DNA from: Rickettsiales bacterium
GTDB taxonomy: Bacteria > Pseudomonadota > Alphaproteobacteria > Rickettsiales > RI-342
Length of the DNA stretch: 64,000 nucleotides
Assembly (NCBI GenBank): GCA_044368015.1
Contig: JBIPLF010000003.1
Span: forward strand, 8,659 to 72,658
Reading direction: 5' to 3'
Under the pieces are notes generated by a model. That model was not told where the DNA came from. It saw only the letters and a program-made list of their open reading frames with translations, and did not search any database. Below, one piece after another: positions 1 through 8,672 of this stretch. The position numbers and the translations under genes were made by a program. The first letter of the stretch is position 1; every line of letters starts with the position of its first letter.

Positions 1-69
1 TCATGTATGAAAAATACACTCATGTTTCTTGGTATCCATCCCATCGCGCTTTCCTCACCACAGCGAGTT
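1..69 (-). repeat. Partial copy (cut by window edge) of a ~121-bp MITE-like intergenic repeat, family G
   Basis: Its reverse complement aligns with the copies at 15287-15408 and 50405-50525 (shared blocks GATACACTC, CCATCCC, GCGCTTTCCTC). Confidence 0.7.
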
Positions 70-218
70 TCGTAAAGAGGTCTGATGCTTGGATGAGCGA
101 TGACTGGATGATTCGATATCCATGCCGCTGAGGATGCGCCGGTGTGTTGTGTGCGCGATGCCGCATCCGGTTCCCTCTCCCGCTTTAGCGGGGGAGGGAT
201 AGGGAGGGGGCCGACTCC

Positions 219-650
219 TTGAACACACCGACCGATTCTCACCCTTGGCAGCAGATTGCCGATTCCAGTACTCCTTTGGAGCAGCGGCGGCATCACGAAC
301 CGCCACGGGAAGGCAAACCCTTCCCCAAGCGCGAGCTGATGGACTGGCCGCACCTCTCCAGCGATCTGTTCGCCGAAGCGCAGACGCAGGTTCCGGTGCT
401 GGATCTCCATGGCTATACCCGCACCGAGGCCCACGCCCTGCTGCTGGCCACGATCGAGCGTCTGCACGCACAGCACACGAAATCCCTGCTGGTGATTACG
501 GGGAAAGGCACGCAGAGCGAAGGCGTGCTGCGCCGCAAAGTGCCGCAATGGCTGGATTCCCCTGCGCTTTCCAGCTTTGTGCGGCATTATGCCATCGCGC
601 CGGAACGTTTAGGGGGCGAGGGAGCGTTGATGGTTAAGCTGAGAGGCTAG
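219..650 (+). CDS. Smr/MutS2-family (Smr domain) protein
   Basis: C-terminal LDLHGYTRTEA...LLVITGKG...VLRRKVPQWL matches the Smr domain signature. The start codon (TTG at 219 or ATG at 339) is uncertain. Confidence 0.75.
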   Translation: MNTPTDSHPWQQIADSSTPLEQRRHHEPPREGKPFPKRELMDWPHLSSDLFAEAQTQVPVLDLHGYTRTEAHALLLATIERLHAQHTKSLLVITGKGTQSEGVLRRKVPQWLDSPALSSFVRHYAIAPERLGGEGALMVKLRG

Positions 651-937
651 GGGTCATATACCCTGCTACGATGCTGGATGGCAAGAACCACCACCTGCTT
701 CCGTTCCTCGTCTACCGTGTAGAGGATGCGGTAATCCCCGACACGCAAGCGCCGCTGGCCATGCAGATTGTAGCGCAGCGGTTTACCGTAGTGGATGGGA
801 TGGGTCATCAATCGTTCCTCAATGGCACGTTTGATGAGAACCCTAGCCGAAGATGCTAGGCGCGGCACATCCTCTTTCAGCACACGCTCTTCATAAAGAA
901 TCTGGTATAATGCGCTTATGTCGTTCGGAGTAACCAC
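647..937 (-). CDS. RelE/ParE-family type II toxin
   Basis: 96 aa with the typical RelE/ParE C-terminus LRVGDYRILYTVDEERKQVVVLAIQHRSRVY. It lies downstream of a small RHH gene. Confidence 0.8.
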   Translation of the reverse strand: MVTPNDISALYQILYEERVLKEDVPRLASSARVLIKRAIEERLMTHPIHYGKPLRYNLHGQRRLRVGDYRILYTVDEERKQVVVLAIQHRSRVYDP

Positions 938-1009
938 TGAATAAATCCTCTCACAGAAGGGTATTTATTCATTTTAAAAATCCAGACGTAGCAAGGGGTA
1001 AATGGTGTG

Positions 1010-1243
1010 TTATTCGCCCCATACCTCTGCATGAGACAAGAGTTTAGCTCCCTTCAGCACTGCTTGATGCCGCTCATCCGCCAGACGGGAAAAATAGAGT
1101 TCCTCCTGTATTTCAAGGGCCTCTTTAATCAGGCGTGCAGCGGTCGCTGAAACAGACTGATGCTCCTGCTGTGCCAGAGTGGCCAAAAGACCGGAGGTAT
1201 CGGCGTCAAGCGTTACCTGTATGCGTGGGCGAACAATAGACAT
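1010..1243 (-). CDS. Ribbon-helix-helix type II antitoxin (partner of the RelE/ParE toxin)
   Basis: 77 aa with an N-terminal RIQVTLDADT...ATAARLIKEAL RHH-like motif. It lies directly upstream of the toxin on the same strand. Confidence 0.65.
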   Translation of the reverse strand: MSIVRPRIQVTLDADTSGLLATLAQQEHQSVSATAARLIKEALEIQEELYFSRLADERHQAVLKGAKLLSHAEVWGE

Positions 1244-1377
1244 AGTCGGATTGTACCAGAAATGGTACAGTCCAACAAGTTAGAAATCCGCACCTGCCAC
1301 ATACCCCGGCAGTGCCGCAATGGCGGTCAGAGCGATCCAAACACACAGGTCTTGGTTTGTACAAAGAAGACCAGCGA

Positions 1378-2376
1378 TTATATGGAATCGTTCGTTAGCC
1401 CCACCAGATGGCGGGCAAAATCCTCAGCTTCAAAGGGTTGCAAATCGGCGATGCCTTCGCCCACGCCAATCGCGTGGATGGGTAGGCCGAAACGCTTGGC
1501 GAGTGCCACCACCATACCGCCTTTGGCGGTGCCGTCCAGCTTGGTGACCACCAGCCCGGTGACGCCAATCAGCTCCTTGAATTGCTCCACCTGACGGTGG
1601 GCGTTCTGTCCCGTGGTGGCGTCCAGCACCTGCACCACATGATGCGGCGCGTCCGGGTCCAGCTTTTTCAGCACCCGCACCACCTTTTCAAGCTGGGCCA
1701 TGAGGTCGGTTTTGTTTTGCAGGCGCCCGGCGGTATCCACCAGCAGGATATCGGCTCCGGCCTTTTTCGCCTCATCCAGTGCGCGGTAGGCTACGCTTGC
1801 CGGATCGCCCTGCTCCACTCCCGCCACCAGTGCGCAACCGGAACGCTCCGCCCAGATGGAAAGCTGCTCCACCGCCGCCGCCCGGAAGGTATCCGCCGCC
1901 GCCAGCACCACCTTGTGGCCTTGCGCCGAAAACTGGTTGGCGAGCTTGCCGATGGTGGTGGTTTTGCCATTACCGTTGACCCCCACCACCAGCACCACGG
2001 CGGGTTTGTGGGTGACATCCGGCACCAGCGGCCGCGCCACGGGGCTGAGAATGCCTGCAATTTCCCCGGCGAGGAAGGCACGCACTTCGGCCTCGCTCAC
2101 ATTCTTATCGAAGGAGGTTTTGGCGAGCTTCTTGACCAGAGCTTGTGCGCTTTCCAGCCCCATATCGGTGCCGATCAGCACCTCCTCCAGCGCCTCCAGC
2201 ATGTATTCATTGACCGCGCCGCCGGTAAAAATCCGGGCGATCCCATCGGTGAGCTGCGAGGTGGTTTTGGAAAGTCCTTTCCGCACCCGCTGCCACCAGG
2301 AAACGGGCAGCTCTGCGGTTTCCGGAACCACAGTTTCCGGCGCAGTCTCAGCTTTTTTCTTCCAGAAAAGGATCAT
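1378..2376 (-). CDS. ftsY: Signal recognition particle receptor FtsY
   Basis: SRP GTPase motifs GVNGNGKTTTIGKLA, DTAGRL and TKLDGTAKGG. Confidence 0.95.
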   Translation of the reverse strand: MILFWKKKAETAPETVVPETAELPVSWWQRVRKGLSKTTSQLTDGIARIFTGGAVNEYMLEALEEVLIGTDMGLESAQALVKKLAKTSFDKNVSEAEVRAFLAGEIAGILSPVARPLVPDVTHKPAVVLVVGVNGNGKTTTIGKLANQFSAQGHKVVLAAADTFRAAAVEQLSIWAERSGCALVAGVEQGDPASVAYRALDEAKKAGADILLVDTAGRLQNKTDLMAQLEKVVRVLKKLDPDAPHHVVQVLDATTGQNAHRQVEQFKELIGVTGLVVTKLDGTAKGGMVVALAKRFGLPIHAIGVGEGIADLQPFEAEDFARHLVGLTNDSI

Positions 2377-2564
2377 GGGGCAAGCAATATAGCGGCTTTG
2401 TGGATATGCGAATCCGGCAACATGCCGTGACTAATCAGTTCGTACCTTCTTCGTAATGGATGCATCTCCGGAAGGCCAGCAAATGTTTCAAGCAGCGCCT
2501 CTTTGTCCTGCTTGGACGGCATGTCATAGGAAATTAATATTACTGTGGTTTCTTTTACATTCAT
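2373..2564 (-). CDS. Hypothetical small protein, stop overlaps the ftsY start (ATGA)
   Basis: ORF only, with no recognisable motif. Its 4-nt overlap with the ftsY start suggests coupling but is weak evidence. Confidence 0.25.
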   Translation of the reverse strand: MNVKETTVILISYDMPSKQDKEALLETFAGLPEMHPLRRRYELISHGMLPDSHIHKAAILLAP

Positions 2565-2610
2565 ATAGTGATATTGATTCCATCATGAAACGCAATACAG
2601 GAGTTACGGG

Positions 2611-2835
2611 ATGTTTGAAGAGAAACTCGATGAACTTGAAGCAGGGATTCGGAGGACGGTTGAGCGGGTGGATGATTTCGTTAACGCAGGGATTGAAGGC
2701 GTGGTATATCCCGTGATCGATTTCGCAAGCGAGGGGCTTAATCCAAAAGGCCTTTCACCCGACGCGCCGGACTACAAGACAGCGGGTACTAGCAAGGAAC
2801 TTGTATCCGGATTGGTGGAAAGGTTGTTGCGATAA
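2611..2835 (+). CDS. Hypothetical protein (74 aa)
   Basis: ORF only, in an AT-richer spacer between ftsY and dnaA. Confidence 0.3.
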   Translation: MFEEKLDELEAGIRRTVERVDDFVNAGIEGVVYPVIDFASEGLNPKGLSPDAPDYKTAGTSKELVSGLVERLLR

Positions 2836-2984
2836 TTTGCGTGGTGCCGGCTTGGAGTTCGGTGTTAATGAAAACCACCCAAGTACGATGTAGACCGGGA
2901 TTTTAACTTGGGAACGGCAACATGCGATCAAGTGCCCGGAGAGAGCAGAACACTGTTGGGTGGTGAGTAGAATCTCCCGCCCCG

Positions 2985-4415
2985 CTACTGCTGCAACATC
3001 CGCTCCAGCAGTTTAATCTCATCGGCGAGTTGGGGGTCTTCCTGTGAGAGTTCCTCCACCCGCTTGACGGCGTGCATGACAGTGGTGTGGTCTTTTCCGC
3101 CGAATTTTTTGCCGATCTCCGGCAGGCTGGCGGTGGTGAGGCGCTTGGAAAGATACATGGCGATCTGCCGGGGACGCGCCACCGCCCGCGAACGGCGCGC
3201 CGAAAACATATCCGAGAGCTTAATGGCAAATTGCTCGGCGACTTTCTTTTGAATGTCTTCAATGGTCACACGGCGGTCGCAGGCGCGTAAGAGATCCTGA
3301 AGCGTATCGCAGGCGCTATCGAGCGTGATCGGACGCCCCACCAGCGTGGCATGGGCGACCAGACGGTTGAGCGCCCCTTCCAGCTCGCGCACGTTGGAGG
3401 TGATTTTATGCGCCAGAAACTCCAGCACCTTCGGCGGAATTTCCACCTGCATCTGCTCGGCCTTGGATTGCAGAATGCCCAGACGTAGCTCGTAGGTGGT
3501 GGTGTCGATATCCGCCACCAGCCCCCAGCCAAGGCGCGAACGCATCCGCTCCTCAATCCCGTCCATGGCAGAGGGCGAGCGGTCGGCGGAGATCACCACC
3601 TGCCTGTTTTGATCGACCAGCGCATTGAAAGTGTGGAAGAATTCCTCCTGCGTGCTTTCCTTGCCGCAGATGAATTGCACATCGTCGATCATCAGCACAT
3701 CGACGGAGCGGAACTGTTCCTTAAACGCCACCGTGTCCTTAAACCGCAGCGCTTTGATGAACTGGTACATGAATTTTTCAGCGGAGAGGTACAGCACCTT
3801 GCGGGTGGGATGATTGCGGCGAATATGCCAGGCGATCGCATGCATCAGGTGGGTTTTACCCAGCCCCACACCGCCGTATAAAAACAACGGATTGCACCCC
3901 TGCACGCATTCCCGCGCATCGGCGACGCGCCGCGCCGCCGCAAAGGCCAGTTCATTCGATTTTCCCACCACGAAATTCTCGAAGGTGAAGCGGGTATCAA
4001 GCGTGGCCCCTAAGGTGAGGAGGTCCGGCGCCGTTGCTTCCTGTGCCGCAGGCGGGGCGGCGATATCGGCGGCAGTGACCGCAGCCAAGCGGGGTTTGGG
4101 TTCCTCCATCCGTGCAGGCGGTGGCGCATAGGCGTTGGGCCGCACGAAAAGGTCAATCGCCAGAATGCTCGGATATTCCTTCTTCCAGGTGGTGTAGAGA
4201 TCGTCCGCATAGTGATTGAGCACCCATTCACGCATGAAACGGGTGGGAACGCTGAGCATCACCTGACCGTTGCGAACGCCTGCAAAATCAAGGGGTTTCA
4301 GCCAACTCTTAAAGGTTGCCTCGCCCAGATTCGCACGCAACCGGCCGCGCACACGCTCCCAGACATCCTGAAGGCCGGGTTCTTCTTTGACGGCGAGTGC
4401 AGCGGCAGCAGACAT
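2985..4415 (-). CDS. dnaA: Chromosomal replication initiator DnaA
   Basis: AAA+ motifs [14 protein letters not shown] and MIDDVQF, plus the C-terminal DnaA-box binding domain (RQIAMYLSK...[11 protein letters not shown]). Start set at ATG 4415 (MSAAAAL...), 15 nt after the upstream gene stop. Confidence 0.95.
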   Translation of the reverse strand: MSAAAALAVKEEPGLQDVWERVRGRLRANLGEATFKSWLKPLDFAGVRNGQVMLSVPTRFMREWVLNHYADDLYTTWKKEYPSILAIDLFVRPNAYAPPPARMEEPKPRLAAVTAADIAAPPAAQEATAPDLLTLGATLDTRFTFENFVVGKSNELAFAAARRVADARECVQGCNPLFLYGGVGLGKTHLMHAIAWHIRRNHPTRKVLYLSAEKFMYQFIKALRFKDTVAFKEQFRSVDVLMIDDVQFICGKESTQEEFFHTFNALVDQNRQVVISADRSPSAMDGIEERMRSRLGWGLVADIDTTTYELRLGILQSKAEQMQVEIPPKVLEFLAHKITSNVRELEGALNRLVAHATLVGRPITLDSACDTLQDLLRACDRRVTIEDIQKKVAEQFAIKLSDMFSARRSRAVARPRQIAMYLSKRLTTASLPEIGKKFGGKDHTTVMHAVKRVEELSQEDPQLADEIKLLERMLQQ

Positions 4416-4429
4416 TGGCGTGTTCCCTC

Positions 4430-4924
4430 TTAGCTCTGTTCCCATGGCAACCCCGCCGCCCGCCATCCGGCAAGCTGACCGCGCTGACGCTCGGCATTGG
4501 AAGGGCCTTCAAACCCATCCGTCACGTTAAAGGCGTGGGTGTAACCCGCCGCCGTCGCGGCCGCAGCGGCATCCAGCGAACGGCCCCCGGTGCGGCACAG
4601 GAAAAACAGCGGTGTTTCACGATTGGCGACACTGCGCTGCAACGCAGCGATAAAGTCCGGATTCACCTCATAAGAGGGAAAGAGTTTCCACGAAAGGGGG
4701 AGGGGCTTTTTACCCACAGAGGCAAGGGTGGGAATGCCCGAAAAGCTCCATTCCGGCGGGGTGCGCACATCCACCAATTGAGCATCGGGGATGGATTGCA
4801 GTGCCTCCCAAGTTTCAAGCGCCGACACCTCCCCGCCATACGCCACACCCGGCATCCCACGTTCGGCGGCCTGAGCAACGAGTGAGGAGAAGGTAAAGAC
4901 CATGCAGCTACCCAGGTTTGGCAC
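4430..4924 (-). CDS. Rhodanese-domain sulfurtransferase
   Basis: Active-site loop LCRTGGRS and the overall rhodanese pattern (VDVRTPPEW). Confidence 0.75.
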   Translation of the reverse strand: MPNLGSCMVFTFSSLVAQAAERGMPGVAYGGEVSALETWEALQSIPDAQLVDVRTPPEWSFSGIPTLASVGKKPLPLSWKLFPSYEVNPDFIAALQRSVANRETPLFFLCRTGGRSLDAAAAATAAGYTHAFNVTDGFEGPSNAERQRGQLAGWRAAGLPWEQS

Positions 4925-5146
4925 TGTTGTTACATTCCGTTTTGGCTCTATTCTGGGTTTTCTTGGCTACAAATAGCGACATGATTCTTGCAATAGGTTA
5001 GCTATGTCTGCAAATCATCCCGCTATTTTCGCTCAAAAACCCCTCGGAATATCCTGCAAAATCAATTTAACAACAGCACCGTAGACAAAACAAACCCGCT
5101 GCGAGGAACACCCCCCGCCACACACCCACAATAGAATTGACGGAAC

Positions 5147-5413
5147 TTAGGCCGACAGCGCCTTGATACGCTGAGCCAGACGGCTGATTTTACGCGATGC
5201 CGTATTTTTTTCGATTACACCTTTGGTAACGCCACGCATGACTTCCGGTTGCGCAGCCCGGAGAGCGGCTTGCGCGCTGGCAGCATCGCCCGATGCAATG
5301 GCAAGCTCTACCTGCTTCACAAACGTACGGATACGGCTCTTACGCTCGGTGTTGATCACGTTGCGGCGTGCGCGTTGACGGATACGTTTGATCGCTGACT
5401 TATGGTGTGCCAT
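5147..5413 (-). CDS. rpsT: 30S ribosomal protein S20
   Basis: [13 protein letters not shown]... is the classic S20 N-terminus; 88 aa. Confidence 0.95.
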   Translation of the reverse strand: MAHHKSAIKRIRQRARRNVINTERKSRIRTFVKQVELAIASGDAASAQAALRAAQPEVMRGVTKGVIEKNTASRKISRLAQRIKALSA

Positions 5414-5491
5414 GGAGAGGCTGCCCTTCTAACTACGTTACATCTGAGAGAACGCACCCTACCGTTGTTGCGAGCAGGCGTCAAGAGGGTC

Positions 5492-5500
5492 TGTGGATAA
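5492..5500 (-). promoter_or_regulatory. Perfect consensus DnaA box (TTATCCACA) upstream of rpsT
   Basis: The plus strand reads TGTGGATAA. It is a single box, so function is not established. Confidence 0.35.
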
Positions 5501-5555
5501 TTTTTGCAGCGGCGAGATGTATCGCATTTCCGCATGATTGCCAGACCCGCTTTTT

Positions 5556-5705
5556 CACCCCTCCCTGCATGGGAGGGGTCGGAATCGTTCACGATTCCGG
5601 GGGAGGGTGATTGTTCTTTAACGTCACCCCCTCCCGGCCTCGCTGGCGATTCGCTGCGCTCACGGCGCTCGCCGACCTCCCCCATCAAAGGGGGAGGTGA
5701 AAACC
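5556..5705. repeat. Composite GC-rich palindromic repeat, family A (part 1 double hairpin 5556-5610, part 2 5623-5705)
   Basis: TCACCCCTCCCTGCATGGGAGGGGTCGGAATCGTTCACGATTCCGGGGGAGGGTGA followed by GTCACCCCCTCCCGGCCTCGCTGGCGATTCGC...CCCCCATCAAAGGGGGAGGTGA. It recurs at 13678, 14256, 35415 and 57414. Confidence 0.9.
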
Positions 5706-5799
5706 CCAGAAGCCTGGAGAATAATGGGGGACCCTCTATCGTCGCAAACACAGAAAGTTGCTATTTGCAGACCATAGCAGTAGAAGGTCACGGCACTAT

Positions 5800-6249
5800 C
5801 TAGGCTGGGAAGATTTTATAGTTCGCGGTGCCAATCAGGTAATCGACCACGCCTTCGCGTTGACTGAGTGGAGCGATGAGACTACGGAATTTTGCCACCC
5901 CTCCCTGACAGGGAAACGCCCCCTGATGCAGCACGGGCAGCGGGTCATGAATGGCGGGCGCATAGCGCTCCAGCGTTGGCCCTAGAATGGGATGCGTGAA
6001 TGCCTTCTCCAGCGTAGACCATTTGTAATTCAGCCCGAATATCCGTTCCAGATCCGAGCCGAAATGCTCAAAACTGGAAGATTCCGCACGCACCTGATTC
6101 ACGCGCAGCACGAACAGCATCTCCCATGAGGAGGCCAGATCGGATTTCCGCAACATGGCCAGCGACGGCAAGGTACCATCCTCTCCGCGGCACTCATTCC
6201 AGAAAGCCATGAGATGCATGGTCATGCGTTTTTCGGCTGCGACAATCAT
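5800..6249 (-). CDS. Small PAS_5 (DUF1457)-like protein
   Basis: 149 aa. The pattern LMAFWNECRG...LPSLAMLRKSDL...FEHFGSDLERIFG resembles the alphaproteobacterial PAS_5 family. This is recalled from memory, not searched. Confidence 0.45.
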   Translation of the reverse strand: MIVAAEKRMTMHLMAFWNECRGEDGTLPSLAMLRKSDLASSWEMLFVLRVNQVRAESSSFEHFGSDLERIFGLNYKWSTLEKAFTHPILGPTLERYAPAIHDPLPVLHQGAFPCQGGVAKFRSLIAPLSQREGVVDYLIGTANYKIFPA

Positions 6250-6302
6250 GAAAGTTACCGTTTTGTTACAACGCTGCTACACGCCAGAGTAGCATCAAAA
6301 CG

Positions 6303-7401
6303 TTAACCAATCCTTGCCGCAAGGGCTGCCGACATAAAATCATCCAGATCGCCATCCAGCACCGCATCGGTGGCGCTGGTCTCCATAGAGGTACGTAAGT
6401 CCTTGACCATCCTATAAGGATGCAGCACATAGGAACGAATCTGATGCCCCCAGCCATTGTCGGTTTTACCCGCATTCATGGCTTCGGTGGCGGCTTCGCG
6501 TTTTTCAATCTCCAGTTGATAAAGACGCGCTTTGAGCATCTTCATCGCCTCGGCGCGGTTGCGGTGCTGCGAGCGGTCGCTCTGGCATTGCACCACGATA
6601 TTGGTCGGCAGGTGCGTAATGCGAATGGCGCTGTTGGTTTTGTTCACATGCTGCCCGCCCGCGCCGGAGGCCCGGTAGGTATCCACCCGCAGATCCTTGT
6701 CGATGATTTCGATTTCGATGGTGTCGTCGATCTCCGGATACACCCACACGCTCGCAAAACTGGTATGCCGCCGCGCATTGCTGTCAAAGGGAGAAATCCG
6801 CACCAGGCGGTGCACGCCGCGCTCGGTTTTGGCCCAGCCATAGGCGTTATGGCCGATGATTTTGAGGGTAGCGGATTTAATCCCGGCTTCCTCGCCCGGC
6901 ATCTCATCCACCATCTCCACCTTATAGCGACGCTTTTCCGCCCAACGGGTATACATCCGCAGCAGCATTTCCGCCCAGTCCTGACTTTCCGTCCCCCCTG
7001 CCCCGGCATGGACTTCCAAAAAGCAATGATTGGCATCCGCCTCGCCGGACAGCAGGCTTTCCAGCTCCACCCGCTTAGCCTGTTCGTAGAGCGCCTGAAT
7101 CTGTGCGGTAGCCTCCTGAATGCTGGTGGCATCCTCCTCCATCTCACCCAGTTCCAGCAGGGTTTTGGCATCCTCCAGCTCCTGCGCGAATCCCCGCGCA
7201 TGGCGGATGCTGGCGTCAAGCGCCGTGCGTTCTTTCAGGAGTTTCTGGGCGGCCTGCTGGTCGTTCCACAGCGCGGGGTCTTCGGCCTGCGCGTTTAAGC
7301 GTTCCAGTTTAAGGAGGGCGTTATCCCAGTCAAAGATACCTCCTCAGCAGTGCAAGCGACTGCTCAATGGCTTCGATCTTCTGGGCGGTTTCGGGCGTCA
7401 T
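6303..7401 (-). CDS. prfB: Peptide chain release factor 2, with programmed +1 frameshift
   Basis: Frame 0 from ATG 7401 encodes MTPETAQKIEAIEQSLALLRRYL and then TGA. The +1 frame continues as DWDNALLKLE... into the 6303-7142 ORF, which has SPF and GGQHVN motifs. Confidence 0.95.
7329..7346 (-). promoter_or_regulatory. RF2 autoregulatory frameshift site (SD-like GGAGG, TAT CTT TGA C)
   Basis: The minus strand reads GAGGAGGTATCTTTGAC, which is the canonical prfB recoding signal. Confidence 0.9.
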
Positions 7402-7502
7402 GATGGGAAGGGAGTAGCGGAATTAAGCGCTGTTGGCAAGCGGGTACAACAGCCGCTATGTCAAACAATCCATCGCCCCCCAGGCATGCCAATGGATACG
7501 GA

Positions 7503-7781
7503 TCACCGCCATAACAGCAGCCATTGATTGATTGTGGAAATCAACAGCAATAGTGTGACCCAGAAGAGTATTTTCCAAAACGCACGACGATTGCGAAACC
7601 GTCTGAAGATCATGAAAAGACCGGTGATAAGGAATGGCGCGAGCATGCCCCCGATGGTTGCCCCCATCCCTCTTGCTGAACTGAGCGGTTCCAACCCACG
7701 CATCATGTGAAGCGAAAGCCCTACCAGAAAGAGCAGTACAGATAAAACGACACTACCCACGACAAAGAAACGCTGCATCAT
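7503..7781 (-). CDS. Hypothetical small membrane protein (about 3 TM segments)
   Basis: Hydrophobic segments are visible. It abuts the stop of the upstream glycine-zipper ORF. Confidence 0.45.
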   Translation of the reverse strand: MMQRFFVVGSVVLSVLLFLVGLSLHMMRGLEPLSSARGMGATIGGMLAPFLITGLFMIFRRFRNRRAFWKILFWVTLLLLISTINQWLLLWR

Positions 7782-8432
7782 TTATCGCCCCTTACTCATA
7801 TGCATCAGTTCGTGGGAGATCAGCGCCAGATGCCGGTTGGCGGCGCGCTCGATCTGCCGGTCTGGGGGGGCGTCGAACCATTTATTGCCGATCACCGCTC
7901 CCACCACGGCACCCAGCGCCGGGCCGGTGGTCAGTCCCATCATGATTCCGGCGGTAGTGGCTTCCTGCGGGGGGCGGTCGGGGTTGTCGATGCCAAGCGT
8001 CTGGTCGATCTTGCGGCCAAGTTTCACCCCCGCCCAGATGCCCGCCGCCATGCCGAGTGCGCTGCCCGCCACGCGTCCGATATTGGTGGTGATGACATTC
8101 GCCATATTCTGGAAGAATCCATACCGCACGCCGGTGTTTGAAAAATCATGATGGGTCATGATTTCGCTCACCTGCTCGGTATTGAGTCCTTTGGAATAGA
8201 GTTTTTCGGCGACGCGCCGTTTCACCTGACCTTGCAACTGCTCCACATCAGTGGCGCCACTGCCGAAGCTATTGCCTGTCATCGCCCCGATCCAGGAACC
8301 GACAATCTGGCCAATTTGTTTGCCGCGAGGGGACCCGGTCATTTCGCCGATTGCCGCGCCCACGCGACCACCACCCATGCCGCCTAGCGCAGTCATGCCG
8401 ACATTCAGCAATTCACGAAACTTGACCACCAT
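7782..8432 (-). CDS. Hypothetical glycine-zipper-rich protein
   Basis: 216 aa with repeated GxxxG/AxxxG stretches (GAAIGEMTG, GSWIGAMTG, GMAAGIWAG, GAVVGAVIG). No family was recognised. Confidence 0.5.
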   Translation of the reverse strand: MVVKFRELLNVGMTALGGMGGGRVGAAIGEMTGSPRGKQIGQIVGSWIGAMTGNSFGSGATDVEQLQGQVKRRVAEKLYSKGLNTEQVSEIMTHHDFSNTGVRYGFFQNMANVITTNIGRVAGSALGMAAGIWAGVKLGRKIDQTLGIDNPDRPPQEATTAGIMMGLTTGPALGAVVGAVIGNKWFDAPPDRQIERAANRHLALISHELMHMSKGR

Positions 8433-8672
8433 GCGCGATTACACTCTTTCTCTACCCTACAGTATACGGTAATTTCTAAAGAAATCACCTATGTCATAGA
8501 GTTGTAACGTGGCACCATGAGCAATGACGGTGACATGGATCGCCATCTGAGAGAGAAAAAGACCACAGCGCGCACGAAACGCGGCACCCTCCTCCGCCTT
8601 CACCCTTTATTTGCTTTCCTGTGTTAGCGTCAGCATTATAGGCTTTTCCGGCTGCTTATAAGGGAGACGCAC

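Noticed and set aside
4925-5146. AT-rich 222-bp spacer near dnaA as the chromosomal origin (oriC)
   Set aside because: I found no cluster of DnaA boxes or AT-rich 13-mer-like repeats in it. In alphaproteobacteria oriC is usually next to hemE rather than dnaA.
5356-5751. ORFs translated across the GC-rich repeats (also 13313-13717, 14351-14536, 35198-35485, 57147-57587)
   Set aside because: They consist of repeat-encoded peptides (for example SPLMGEVGERRERSESPARPGG) that recur wherever the repeat occurs. They are repeat artefacts, not genes.
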